NCBI GenBank assembly: GCA_012841735.1
Contig: DUUE01000078.1
Coordinates: forward strand, 1-27,107
Direction: 5' to 3'
From: Bacillota bacterium
Lineage (GTDB): Bacteria > Bacillota > Dethiobacteria > Dethiobacterales > Dethiobacteraceae
DNA: 27,107 bases
In this document: one piece after another, positions 14,851 through 24,418 of the stretch
Numbering within the stretch: position 1 is the stretch's first letter
Layout of the letters: each line of letters starts with the position of its first letter
Notes under the pieces: generated by a model
Seen by the model: only the letters and a program-made list of their open reading frames with translations
What the model was told of the DNA's origin: nothing
The model's database searches: none
Translations under genes and position numbers: made by a program

Positions 14851-15249
14851 TTACACCGGTACCAACTCCAGCTCTTCCAGCATTTCAGCAAATTTTTCCG
14901 TATCAATGGGTTTGGCTGCATAGGCATTGCAGCCCAGGGCAAATGCTTCCTTGACATGGTCCGTCGCCGCCAGTGCGGTAGTCATAATAATGATAACACT
15001 TTCTGCAGGCGGGATATTATTCTGTCTTTCCAGGTCCCGTATCGCCTTCAGTACTTTCACACCGTCAACTTTCGGCATCATGATGTCCAGGCAGATGAGA
15101 TCATACGGGTCATTGTCCTTCATGGCCATTACGTAGGCGTCAATTGCTTCCAGGCCGTCCACCACCTGGTCGCATTCACCGTAGCGGGAGAGAAATTTAC
15201 TTAAGAATTTCCTGCTGGCAGGATCGTCTTCTGCGATTAAAATTCTCAT
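14851..15249 (-). CDS. Single-domain response regulator (CheY-like)
   Basis: ILIAEDD, CLDIMMPKVDG, MTTAL, YAAKPI; ATGA overlap with the hybrid kinase. Confidence 0.92.
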   Translation of the reverse strand: MRILIAEDDPASRKFLSKFLSRYGECDQVVDGLEAIDAYVMAMKDNDPYDLICLDIMMPKVDGVKVLKAIRDLERQNNIPPAESVIIIMTTALAATDHVKEAFALGCNAYAAKPIDTEKFAEMLEELELVPV

Positions 15250-17165
15250 GCACCTTCCCCCCTGTTGTCCAATACTTTTTTATAAGTTGCAAACAGATCC
15301 TGGAACCGGGAGAGCAGGGTATCTATCTCTTTGCTGTTGCCTCTCCGTGCCGCCAGTTCTATTTTAAACATGGCATATTTCAGTTCTTCGGCATCCACGG
15401 CAAAAAACAAATCTTTCATTTTATGGGCATACAGCTCCGTACGTTCAAGGTCACAAACGGCGCAGGCGGCCTGCAGCTCCGCCAAAAGTGCTTCCAGCTC
15501 CGGCAGGTGCGCGGCCAGTTCTGTATTTTCCCCCGCTTCTTGCTCCGTCACAACCAGTTCCCCGTCGGCATTCAGGTGCACACGGCCGCGAAAGGCGGCC
15601 TGTCTCCCGGCGCTGAGCACTTTGTCCACCATCTCATACAGTTCTTCCATGCGGACCGGTTTGGGCAGGTATTCGTCCATTCCCAGCGACAGGAAGCGTT
15701 CCCTGTCACCCTGCAGAGCAAAAGCTGTAAGGGCCACAATGGGAGTATGCCTGCCCCCCTTTTCCCGTTCACGGATTCTGGCGGCAGCTTCAATACCGTC
15801 CATCCGGGGCATCTGGATATCCATCAGAATCAAATCGTAGGCTTTGGTGGCATGCATGGCCAGCGCCTCTGTCCCGTTGGCGGCCACATCCACCCGGTGC
15901 CCCCGCTCTTTGAGCAGGCGTGCCACTACCTCCTGGTTGACGCGGTCGTCTTCCACCACCAGGATAGTCCGCGGGCGTGACACCCCGGGCCGCGTGGCAG
16001 GTGCCGGTTCCGTGGGGAGGGAACTTTCTTGTGCCGGCAGAAAAGGCAGGCTGAAAGCAAAAGTACTGCCCACACCCGGCTCGCTGTGTGCCCAGATGCT
16101 GCCGCCCATTTTTTCCACCAGCTGCCTGCTGATTACCAGCCCCAGGCCTGTACCGCCGAATTTCCGCGTGGTCGAACTGTCAACCTGGCTGAAACTGCGA
16201 AAAAGTTTTCCCATCATCTGCGGTTCAATGCCGATCCCCGTATCGGTAACGGCAAACTGCAGGTGCACCTTGCCGTTTACTTCACCGCTTTTATGCACAG
16301 AGAGACTCACATATCCCTCCTGGGTAAATTTAATGGCGTTATGCACCAGGTTGTCAATGACCTGACGCAGGCGTGTCGGATCCCCCGTCAGAAAGTTCGG
16401 GACGTCCATACCCACCTGCTTCCGGAGCTTCAGGCCTTTCTTTTTGGCACTGACCCCATGGGTTTTCATAATTTCCCCGAGCAGCTCCTGCAGGCTGAAA
16501 GGCACTTTTTCAATTTTCATTTTCCCTGCTTCGATTTTGGAAAAATCCAGAATATCGTTAATGATTAAAAGCAGCGAATCGGCACATTTCTTGGCCGTGA
16601 GCAGGTTGTCCCGCTGTTCACTGTTCAGGGGTGTCAGCAGGGTCAGGTCGATCATGCCGATAATGCCGTTGATGGGAGTGCGGATTTCATGGCTCATATT
16701 GGCCAGGAATTCACTTTTAGCCCTGTTGGCGGCCTCCGCCGCCTCTTTTGCTTTCAGGATCTGCTCTTCCGCCTTTTTCTGCCGGGAGATATCACGAAAA
16801 ACAATGACGGCGCCGTTCAGTTCACCCCGGGCATCACGTACGGAAGCGCAGCTGGCTGACAGGTATTTCCCCGTACCGTCCCGGCAGCGCAGCATGGTTC
16901 CGTGCTGCAGTCCCATGGGTTCCCGGGCTGCCATGATTTCTGCCAGCGGCAGCGGCAGAGGTGCATTTGTTTCGGCGTGATACAGGGAAAAGACAGCGGA
17001 CAGCTCCCGCCCCAGCGCCTCTTTTTGGCGCCAGCCGGTGATCAGTTCTGCAGAACTGTTCATGTAGTTGATTATCCCGCGGATATCAGAAACAATTACG
17101 CCGTCGCCCAGACAATTAATAATAGCTTTCATGCGGCCATAATCAACTGCTTGTGCTTCCGCCAT
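15246..17165 (-). CDS. Cytoplasmic hybrid histidine kinase (PAS-HisKA-HATPase-REC-HPt-like)
   Basis: PAS at the N-terminus, FLANMSHEIRTP, NAIKFT, DTGIGI, GGTGLGL, REC (LVVEDD, LMDIQMPRMDG, YLPKP), C-terminal helical segment with AHKMK; no TM segment. Confidence 0.92.
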   Translation of the reverse strand: MAEAQAVDYGRMKAIINCLGDGVIVSDIRGIINYMNSSAELITGWRQKEALGRELSAVFSLYHAETNAPLPLPLAEIMAAREPMGLQHGTMLRCRDGTGKYLSASCASVRDARGELNGAVIVFRDISRQKKAEEQILKAKEAAEAANRAKSEFLANMSHEIRTPINGIIGMIDLTLLTPLNSEQRDNLLTAKKCADSLLLIINDILDFSKIEAGKMKIEKVPFSLQELLGEIMKTHGVSAKKKGLKLRKQVGMDVPNFLTGDPTRLRQVIDNLVHNAIKFTQEGYVSLSVHKSGEVNGKVHLQFAVTDTGIGIEPQMMGKLFRSFSQVDSSTTRKFGGTGLGLVISRQLVEKMGGSIWAHSEPGVGSTFAFSLPFLPAQESSLPTEPAPATRPGVSRPRTILVVEDDRVNQEVVARLLKERGHRVDVAANGTEALAMHATKAYDLILMDIQMPRMDGIEAAARIREREKGGRHTPIVALTAFALQGDRERFLSLGMDEYLPKPVRMEELYEMVDKVLSAGRQAAFRGRVHLNADGELVVTEQEAGENTELAAHLPELEALLAELQAACAVCDLERTELYAHKMKDLFFAVDAEELKYAMFKIELAARRGNSKEIDTLLSRFQDLFATYKKVLDNRGEGA

Positions 17166-17179
17166 AGCTTCCCTCCCTT

Positions 17180-17650
17180 TCAGATTAAAATGGGTTGGGT
17201 AGTAATGGTAACATTACCGGTAGCCACATCCATTTCCACAGTACGGCTTACATCACCGCCCACTGCGGCGCTGCTCACCGTGAGGGACATGTCCGACAGC
17301 ACCCGCATTACCGCTGTCAGATTTTTTTTGCCGATGGCAAAATAATCTTTGCCGCGGGCGGAATCTGCCCCGCCATAAACACCCACCAGCAGTTCCGTGC
17401 GCCGGCAGCCGAATTCACGGCGCATCTTTTCCAGCAGGAGGGGAATTCCGGTGGAGGCATAATAAGCCGGGCGCTGTCCGGCGGCCTCATTATTGGGGGG
17501 TGAAGGCAGGGCAATATGGACCATGCCCGCCGCCCTGTGGAGCCTGCTGTAAGCTGTCACGGCCACACAGGAACCCAGGGCATAAGTTTTCAGTTTGGCG
17601 GCAGTTTCATTTGTGACCGCACATTCTCCGATGCCTACTGTGATTTGCAT
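17180..17650 (-). CDS. cheD: Chemoreceptor glutamine deamidase
   Basis: TYALGSCVAV, GMVHIALP, YGGA, IGKKN, VGGDVSRTV. Confidence 0.9.
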   Translation of the reverse strand: MQITVGIGECAVTNETAAKLKTYALGSCVAVTAYSRLHRAAGMVHIALPSPPNNEAAGQRPAYYASTGIPLLLEKMRREFGCRRTELLVGVYGGADSARGKDYFAIGKKNLTAVMRVLSDMSLTVSSAAVGGDVSRTVEMDVATGNVTITTQPILI

Positions 17651-17654
17651 GTGC

Positions 17655-18716
17655 TCACCTGCTCAAAACCTCCAGTAATAAATCGGGGATCTCGGAGAGC
17701 GAAGCCTGTTTCTCCACCGCTCCGATCTCATAAGCCACTTTGGGCATCCCATAAACCACACTGGACTGCTCGTCCTGCCCGATGGTCCGCGCCCCCCTGC
17801 GCCGCAGCTGCAGCATGCCCCTGGCACCGTCGGCCCCCATGCCTGTCAGGATTATACCCACCGCTTTGTCGCCGGCCACTGCGGCCACCGATTCAAAAAG
17901 GACATCCACGGAAGGACAGTGTCCGTTCACTTTTTCCCCGGCGGCCACTTCGGTGAGATAGCGTCTTCCCTGTTGTTTCAGCCGCAAATGCCGGTTTCCC
18001 GGTGCAATAAACACTTTACCCGCTTCCAGGACATCGCCGCTTTCCGCTTCCTTGACTGTAAAAGCAGTCTGCGCATTAAGGCGTTCCGCAAAAAGACGGG
18101 AAAAAACAGGCGGAATATGCTGGGCAATGAGGATGGCGGGAATATCTGCAGGCAAATGCTTCAGCAGATACGCAAGCGCCTCGGTGCCGCCGGTGGAAGA
18201 ACCGATGGCAATTACCTGCCGGCTGTATGTTGAAGTGCCGGGCGGGCTCTGCAGCTGCACCGCCTGTGCGGGTGCGCCTGCGACTCTGATTTTGCTGTTT
18301 GCCGCGATTTTGATTTTCACTGCCAGGTCGGCCAGAAAATGCTGTATATGCCGGCGGGAGGAAAGGTCCGGTTTGCTTAAAAACTCCACCGCCCCGGCGT
18401 TTAAGGCGTCAAAAACGGCCCCGCTGGTGGTGCTGATGACAATTACCGGCAGCGGGTACTGGGGCAGCAGCCGCCGGATAAACTCAATCCCGTTCATTTT
18501 GGGCATTTCAATATCACAGGTCATGACATCGGGACGATAAGCCAGAATTTTGTCCCTGGCATCATACGGGTCCATGGCAGTGGCCACAACTTCAATCTGG
18601 CTGTCCTGTGCCAATCCCCTCACAATAATTTCACGGAAAACAAGACTGTCATCAACGACTAAGACCTTAATTTTGCGCTGTGCTGTTGACATTGCGGCAC
18701 TCTCCCGACCTGTCAT
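17655..18716 (-). CDS. cheB: Chemotaxis methylesterase with REC domain
   Basis: REC (VLVVDDS, CDIEMPKMNG) and catalytic Ser/His/Asp motifs (GSSTGG, AQHIP, LTGMGADG). Start 18716 (ATGA overlap) or 18692. Confidence 0.96.
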   Translation of the reverse strand: MTGRESAAMSTAQRKIKVLVVDDSLVFREIIVRGLAQDSQIEVVATAMDPYDARDKILAYRPDVMTCDIEMPKMNGIEFIRRLLPQYPLPVIVISTTSGAVFDALNAGAVEFLSKPDLSSRRHIQHFLADLAVKIKIAANSKIRVAGAPAQAVQLQSPPGTSTYSRQVIAIGSSTGGTEALAYLLKHLPADIPAILIAQHIPPVFSRLFAERLNAQTAFTVKEAESGDVLEAGKVFIAPGNRHLRLKQQGRRYLTEVAAGEKVNGHCPSVDVLFESVAAVAGDKAVGIILTGMGADGARGMLQLRRRGARTIGQDEQSSVVYGMPKVAYEIGAVEKQASLSEIPDLLLEVLSR

Positions 18717-19546
18717 GTGCGTGTTATTTTTCTGTAGACGGCGGGCCGTACATATTGTAAAGACGTAGTTTCCCGGTTTAAGGATTCAGAATGGCCGATA
18801 AAAAGATAGCCGCCGTCCTCCAGGAGATGATCAAATTTGTTAACCAGCTCAATTTTGGTATCGTTATCAAAATAAATCATGACATTCCTGCAGAAAATCG
18901 TATGGAATTTGCGGCGGAACGGGAAAACTCGCTCCACCAGGTTGAATGTCCTGTAGATTACATTGTTTTTTATGCGGTCTTTAACGATAACATTGCCTGC
19001 GTCATACCGTTCAAAATAAGCGAGCTTCCAGGAGGCCGGCAGGGGTGCAATTCTTTCATTGCTGTAAACACCTTTGCGAGCAATCTCCAGCGCCTGCCGG
19101 GAAATATCCGTAGCCAGGATCCTGGTATCCCACAGTGCGGCCTCCGCCCCGAAAAATTCATCTATCACCATGGCCAGGGTATATGCTTCCTCGCCGGTGG
19201 AACAGGCGGCGCACCAGACACGCAGGTCACGGTCGGCAATGCGTTCCTTCAGGTAAGGCAGTACTTCATCACGAAAGAAGTAAAAATGATCCGCTTCCCG
19301 CATGAAAAATGTATGATTTGTCGTAATCCTGTTCAGGAGGTTAATGACGGCTTCCCCGGTGGTATCCGAGACCAGGTCGTCAATATATTCTGTGAACGAG
19401 CGGTAGTTTTTGGCTGCAAGCAGGTTGTGCAATCTGCCTGTGAGCAACGTCTTTTTTTCCGGTTTCAGGTAGATACCGTAATTGTCTTTAATGAAAGCTG
19501 CCAGTCTCTGAAATTCTTTGTCGGTTATATTTCTTAAGCTTTCCAT
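18713..19546 (-). CDS. cheR: Chemotaxis methyltransferase
   Basis: ITTNHTFFMRE, WCAACSTGEEAYT, ILATDIS, IFCRNVMIYF, GHSESL. Confidence 0.96.
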   Translation of the reverse strand: MESLRNITDKEFQRLAAFIKDNYGIYLKPEKKTLLTGRLHNLLAAKNYRSFTEYIDDLVSDTTGEAVINLLNRITTNHTFFMREADHFYFFRDEVLPYLKERIADRDLRVWCAACSTGEEAYTLAMVIDEFFGAEAALWDTRILATDISRQALEIARKGVYSNERIAPLPASWKLAYFERYDAGNVIVKDRIKNNVIYRTFNLVERVFPFRRKFHTIFCRNVMIYFDNDTKIELVNKFDHLLEDGGYLFIGHSESLNRETTSLQYVRPAVYRKITRT

Positions 19547-19565
19547 CCCTGCACCACCTGCGGCC

Positions 19566-19595
19566 GGGGCCGTTCTGCCCCTGCCAAACGGCCCC
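19566..19595. other. Intercistronic GC-rich stem-loop between mcp and cheR
   Basis: GGGGCCGTT-N12-AACGGCCCC perfect 9-bp stem with no U tract. Confidence 0.6.
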
Positions 19596-19600
19596 TTGCT

Positions 19601-21445
19601 TTACGAGTATTTGCCGAACTCACTGTCACTGAGACTGTCCTTTGGCGCATTATCCTTGTCCGCGGCAAGGTTTTCGTCATCGGGCAGCCTGATTTCAGCA
19701 CCGGCGGCCGCCTCCTGCAGAACAGTCTTTTCCACATCCTCCGGTGCCGGTTCAGTCTCGCGCTGTTCTTCCGTCTGTACCTTTCTGCGCAGCAGCCGCC
19801 CGGCAAGTTTTTTCAGCCCTGCTTTTACCCCCCGTTTTTTCGTCTCGTCCGTCACAGCCTTCTCCCCGCTCACATCATCGGCTACGGCAGTCTCTCCGGC
19901 TTTCAGCGTAAAACGTGCCACCTGGTTTTTCAACAGTTCTGCCTGGCCTGACAACTCTTCGCTGGCGGCCGCCGTTTCCTCGGAAGTGGCGGAATTGCTC
20001 TGGGTGACGTCGGAAACAAGCACCACCCCGTCATTAATCTGGCTGATGGCGGAAGCCTGTTCATTGGAGGCCACCGCTATCCCGGCCATGATGTTGGCCA
20101 CTTCAGTAATTCCGCCAATGATTTTTTCCAGGGCTTCGGCCGTCTGGCCGGCAATACGCTTGCCTTCCGTAGCTTTTTGTTTGGACAGTTCAATCAGTTC
20201 GGCAGTTTCTTTGGCAGCATCGGCTGAGCGTGCCGCCAGGTTGCGCACCTCTTCCGCCACCACGGCGAAACCTTTTCCGTACTGGCCCGCCCTGGCAGCT
20301 TCAATGGCCGCATTCAGCGACAGGATATTTGTCTGGAAGGCGATTTCATCAATAACCCTGATAATGCGCGAAATATTGGCGGAGGAAATGTTGATCTCTT
20401 CCATGGCCATCAGCAGATCCTGCATCTCTGTATCTCCCTGCCGGGCATCGTTTTTGGCCGCATCGGCAACCTCACTGGCTTTGTTTGCATTTTCCGCATT
20501 TTGTTTTGTCTGGGTCAGCACCTCTTCCAGCGAGGCAGTCAGTTCTTCTATCGAACTGGCCTGTTCCGTCGCCCCCTGGGAAAGTTCCATACTGGAGTCG
20601 GACACCTGCTTGGCCCCGGAAGCAACCTGTTCGGCGGCAGTCCAGATATTGGTGAGGGCCAAATTCATATTATCGGTCATTTTCTTAAATGCGCCGGCCA
20701 GGATGCCCACTTCATCCTTGGTATCAATATCAATGGTTATATCGAGCCTGCCCTCCGCCAGGGAGTTGGCGGCTGCAACCAGTTTATTGATGGGCTTGCT
20801 GATATGACGGGAAATAATAAATCCCAAAACAACAGCCAGCGCGATGGCCACAAAGACCCAGGTCCGCAAAGTGTTTGCCACTACGGTCGCCTGCTCCCTG
20901 TTATTTGTCGCATTGGCCTCGGCATCAGCCAGTGCCATTTCCATCAGTTTCTGCAAAGCCACCTGCTGCACAAGAGCTGCCTGCTCCATTTCACCGTGCA
21001 GGAGCTCAATAGCTTCCGCATCATTGTTTTGTATGGCAAGATTAAATAATTTTTCCACCTCAATGTTATAAGCGGCTCTTTTCTTAATAAAATCATCAAA
21101 AGCCTGCTCGATAAGTCTTTGGTGCTTCAGTTTGCTGAATTCGGCAGCCAGGACTGTAATCTGGGCATTCCATTTATGGACATTGTCAAGGTGTTTTTTA
21201 ATCTCGTCATAATCTTCAGCCAGAATCATATCCCGTGCATCTGCATGCATCTGATTGAAGAGAGAGAGCATATTGGAAGCCTGGTAAATGGGCAGGGCCT
21301 GTTTTTCATAAACTTCGGCCACTCCTGCGGCAAGGTCGTTGATATTTTGCACTCCCAGATAGCCTACAAGGCCTGTGACGGCTGCCACCAGCAGGAAGCA
21401 AAACAGAATCTTGGTAAACAACCGGCGGTTTGTAAACAGTTTCAT
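19601..21445 (-). CDS. Methyl-accepting chemotaxis protein (TM-four-helix-bundle-type sensor-TM-HAMP-signalling domain)
   Basis: Two TM segments, HAMP ([20 protein letters not shown]), hairpin tip [37 protein letters not shown], long C-terminal tail ending EFGKYS. Confidence 0.96.
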   Translation of the reverse strand: MKLFTNRRLFTKILFCFLLVAAVTGLVGYLGVQNINDLAAGVAEVYEKQALPIYQASNMLSLFNQMHADARDMILAEDYDEIKKHLDNVHKWNAQITVLAAEFSKLKHQRLIEQAFDDFIKKRAAYNIEVEKLFNLAIQNNDAEAIELLHGEMEQAALVQQVALQKLMEMALADAEANATNNREQATVVANTLRTWVFVAIALAVVLGFIISRHISKPINKLVAAANSLAEGRLDITIDIDTKDEVGILAGAFKKMTDNMNLALTNIWTAAEQVASGAKQVSDSSMELSQGATEQASSIEELTASLEEVLTQTKQNAENANKASEVADAAKNDARQGDTEMQDLLMAMEEINISSANISRIIRVIDEIAFQTNILSLNAAIEAARAGQYGKGFAVVAEEVRNLAARSADAAKETAELIELSKQKATEGKRIAGQTAEALEKIIGGITEVANIMAGIAVASNEQASAISQINDGVVLVSDVTQSNSATSEETAAASEELSGQAELLKNQVARFTLKAGETAVADDVSGEKAVTDETKKRGVKAGLKKLAGRLLRRKVQTEEQRETEPAPEDVEKTVLQEAAAGAEIRLPDDENLAADKDNAPKDSLSDSEFGKYS

Positions 21446-21457
21446 TGCCTTCCCCTC

Positions 21458-21952
21458 CTACAATTGGGATAACTGTTCCACTTCATCGTCCGTCAGGATT
21501 TTATTGACATCCAGTATCAGCTTTACCTCTTCACCGACACTGGCAATTCCTTTAATATAGCGGTTGTAAGTTTTATTGATTTCCGGCGGATCCGCAATAT
21601 CTTCGTCAGGTATGGAGAGGACTTCGGCAACACTGTCCACAACCAGCCCCATGGTAATCCCGCTCATTTCCACAATAATCACACAGGTCCTGTCATTGTA
21701 ATGGCGGAAAGGTTTCCGGAAACGCAGCCGTACATCCATAATGGGAATAATGCGGCCGCGCAGATTAATGATCCCGCGAATATAGTCGGGTACTTCCGGT
21801 ACTTCCGTCAGCGGCTGGATACCAATGATCTCCGTCACATAACGCAGTTCAATGCCGTAGGAATCACTGCCGATTAAAAAAGTCAGGTATTTGCCCTGCA
21901 GTGTATCTTCTTCCTCCTCCTGATACCCCTGAAAACTGACATATTCGGCCAT
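21458..21952 (-). CDS. cheW: Chemotaxis coupling protein
   Basis: YLTFLIGSDSYGI, VPDYIRGIINLRGRIIPIMD, GLVVDSVAEV. Confidence 0.96.
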   Translation of the reverse strand: MAEYVSFQGYQEEEEDTLQGKYLTFLIGSDSYGIELRYVTEIIGIQPLTEVPEVPDYIRGIINLRGRIIPIMDVRLRFRKPFRHYNDRTCVIIVEMSGITMGLVVDSVAEVLSIPDEDIADPPEINKTYNRYIKGIASVGEEVKLILDVNKILTDDEVEQLSQL

Positions 21953-21990
21953 ATGCAAACTCCTTCCGCTTACTTACTCGTAACTGTGCG

Positions 21991-24042
21991 TTACGCCACA
22001 AAACCGCTCACATCAAGAATGAGGCTGATACTGCCGTCTCCCAGCAGGGTGCAGCCGCCAATGCCCCTGATTCTTCTGTTCTGCAGATAGCGGGGCAGGG
22101 CTTTCACCACCACTTCCTGCTGCCCGAGCAAATCGTCCACAAAGAGACAGAAAGGCTTGTCCTCATAATCCACCAGGATAAAGATACCATCCGCCAGGTC
22201 TGTTACTTCCGTCGGGATCCGGAAAAATTCATGCAGGCGGATAATGGGGTAACACTGGCCCCGGACCATGAGCATTTCATTCCCGTCAGTATCCGTCACC
22301 AGTTTATGGTTCTCCAGACGAACCGACTCTTTGATGGCACTGATGGGCAGGGTATAACGCGCCTGGCCCACATTCAGGTTCATGCCGTCAATGATGGCCA
22401 TGGTGAGCGGCAGTTTCAGCGTAAAAGTTGTCCCCTGGCCGCTCACACTGTCCACTGTGACGGAGCCGCCCACACTTTCCAGGTTATTCACCACCACATC
22501 CATGCCTACGCCCCGCCCGGAGAATTCCGTTATCTGCTCACTGGTGGAAAAACCGGGGAGAAAAATCAGCTGGAAGATCTCCTTGTCCGTCATGTCCGCC
22601 GCCGGCTTGGGCAGCAAATTGTTTTTTTGCGCCCGCCTGAGTATTTTATCCTTGTCAAGCCCTCTGCCGTCATCACGCACCATAATCAGCACATGGTTGC
22701 CCACATTGCGTGCTTCCAGTGTTACCGTCCCCGTCCTGTCCTTGCCGGCTGCCAGGCGTTCAGCCGTCGTTTCCAGTCCGTGGTCAATGGCGTTGCGGAT
22801 TAAATGCATCAACGGGTCGGAAATATGTTCAATAATGTTTTTGTCAACTTCCGTGTCCTCCCCAATTAACTGCAGCTTCACCTCTTTTTGCAATTTCTTG
22901 CCCATATCCCGCACAATGCGCTGCATTTTCAGGAAAGTATTGGCCAGCGGCACCATGCGCACAGACATGACCAGGTCCTGAATTTCACTGGTGATTTTAT
23001 GCAACTGCCTGGCCGCCTGCCGGAAATTTTCCAGTTCCAGCCCGGCCAAGTCCGGGTTCTGCACCACCATGGCTTCGGCAATCACCATTTCACCCACCAG
23101 GTCCATCAGCTTGTCCAGTTTGGCCACACTGACGCTGATTATGCCCTGGCCGGCTGTCGCCACGGCAGCTGTGTCCCGCCCCCTGGCCGTCTCCCCGTTT
23201 TCGCCGGATGCGGCGGCCGCCGTTTCCGCCTGCGTTTGGGGTGCCGCAGCACCGCTTTTGCGCGCGGCAAAGGCGGTCACATCCAGCTCCCGGAATTCCA
23301 GCCTTTCCAGGAACAGCACATCGTTAAAAAACTTACGCACCTCTTCCATGGGCCTTACGGTGAGCACGCCGACAGTAAAGCCGTGCTCGCGGATAAAGGC
23401 CGCCGTTTCATCATTCTCCAGGATATCGGCAGGATGGTAATACAGGTCGTCCACCAGCTCCTGCAGGTTGTGAATGACGCCGTACGCACGGATATTTTCC
23501 ATCTCACAGCCTTCCTCGTAATAGAGCACCGCCTCATATGCCGCCTGTTTCCCGGCAGGCCGTGCAGGCTGCCCGCCATCTGCGGCAGGTTGTGCGGCGG
23601 ACGCCTCCTGCTCCTCTTTTACATCGCCGTTGGCAACTTTTAACTCTGCAAGGAAGGCTGTGATCGCCGCCAGCAGTCCGGCTGCATCCCCGTCCGCCGG
23701 CTGCTTGTTTTGAATTTTATTCAGTTCAGCCTGGATAAAGTCAATGCCCGACAAGATGAGATCGGACAAAGCGGCGTAATCTGCCTGCTGCGGCTGTGCT
23801 TCACGCAGATAGTAAAACAAATCCTCCATCCTGTGGGCCAGGTCCGTCAGATTGGCCAGCATCATCATGGCGGCAGACCCTTTGATGGTATGCATGATGC
23901 GAAAAACTTCATTGACGGCGTCTGCGGAATAGCTGCCGGTCTTTTCGCTTTCCAGCACCACATTCTCCAGCTGTTCAATATTCTGCAGAGTCTCAAAAAC
24001 AAAAACTTCAAGCATGGAGTCGTTGATGTACTCATCAACCAT
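21991..24042 (-). CDS. cheA: Chemotaxis histidine kinase
   Basis: P1 FRIMHTIKGS, P2-like region, dimerisation KLDKLMDLVGE, P4 HLIRNAIDHG/GFST/SGRGVGMDVV, P5 CheW-like domain. Confidence 0.97.
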   Translation of the reverse strand: MVDEYINDSMLEVFVFETLQNIEQLENVVLESEKTGSYSADAVNEVFRIMHTIKGSAAMMMLANLTDLAHRMEDLFYYLREAQPQQADYAALSDLILSGIDFIQAELNKIQNKQPADGDAAGLLAAITAFLAELKVANGDVKEEQEASAAQPAADGGQPARPAGKQAAYEAVLYYEEGCEMENIRAYGVIHNLQELVDDLYYHPADILENDETAAFIREHGFTVGVLTVRPMEEVRKFFNDVLFLERLEFRELDVTAFAARKSGAAAPQTQAETAAAASGENGETARGRDTAAVATAGQGIISVSVAKLDKLMDLVGEMVIAEAMVVQNPDLAGLELENFRQAARQLHKITSEIQDLVMSVRMVPLANTFLKMQRIVRDMGKKLQKEVKLQLIGEDTEVDKNIIEHISDPLMHLIRNAIDHGLETTAERLAAGKDRTGTVTLEARNVGNHVLIMVRDDGRGLDKDKILRRAQKNNLLPKPAADMTDKEIFQLIFLPGFSTSEQITEFSGRGVGMDVVVNNLESVGGSVTVDSVSGQGTTFTLKLPLTMAIIDGMNLNVGQARYTLPISAIKESVRLENHKLVTDTDGNEMLMVRGQCYPIIRLHEFFRIPTEVTDLADGIFILVDYEDKPFCLFVDDLLGQQEVVVKALPRYLQNRRIRGIGGCTLLGDGSISLILDVSGFVA

Positions 24043-24061
24043 CCGGTTCCGCCTCCTTTCC

Positions 24062-24418
24062 TTACTGGATTTTCTGCAGTGTCTTGATTACATGGTCCTC
24101 TTTAAACGGCTTAATAATAAATGATTTGGCACCGCTTAAAATTGCATCCTTGACCATGTTTTCCTGACCCATGGCGGACACCATCACCACTTTCGCATTG
24201 GGATCCACTTTCATGATGGCCTTCAGCGCCTCCAGGCCGTTCATTTCCGGCATGGTAATATCAAGGGTGACGATATCCGGTTTGCACTCCAGGTATTTTT
24301 TTACCGCCGCCGCACCGTTTTCCGCTTCGCCCACAATTTCATAGCCGTGGTTCAAAAGCATATTTTTTATCGCCATCCTCATAAATGCAGCATCATCAAC
24401 GATTAAAACTCTTGCCAT
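24062..24418 (-). CDS. cheY: Chemotaxis response regulator (Bacillus-type sequence)
   Basis: MARVLIVDDAAFMRM, VTLDITMPEMNG, VSAMGQ, FIIKPF. Confidence 0.93.
   Translation of the reverse strand: MARVLIVDDAAFMRMAIKNMLLNHGYEIVGEAENGAAAVKKYLECKPDIVTLDITMPEMNGLEALKAIMKVDPNAKVVMVSAMGQENMVKDAILSGAKSFIIKPFKEDHVIKTLQKIQ

Noticed and set aside
19518-20807. 429-aa + strand ORF
   Set aside because: Antisense shadow of the MCP gene; Ser/Ala-rich translation expected from the reverse frame of a coiled coil; no RBS or motif.
23423-23450. GCCGATAT inside cheA as an internal sigma28 promoter
   Set aside because: No TAAA-like -35 at the required spacing.
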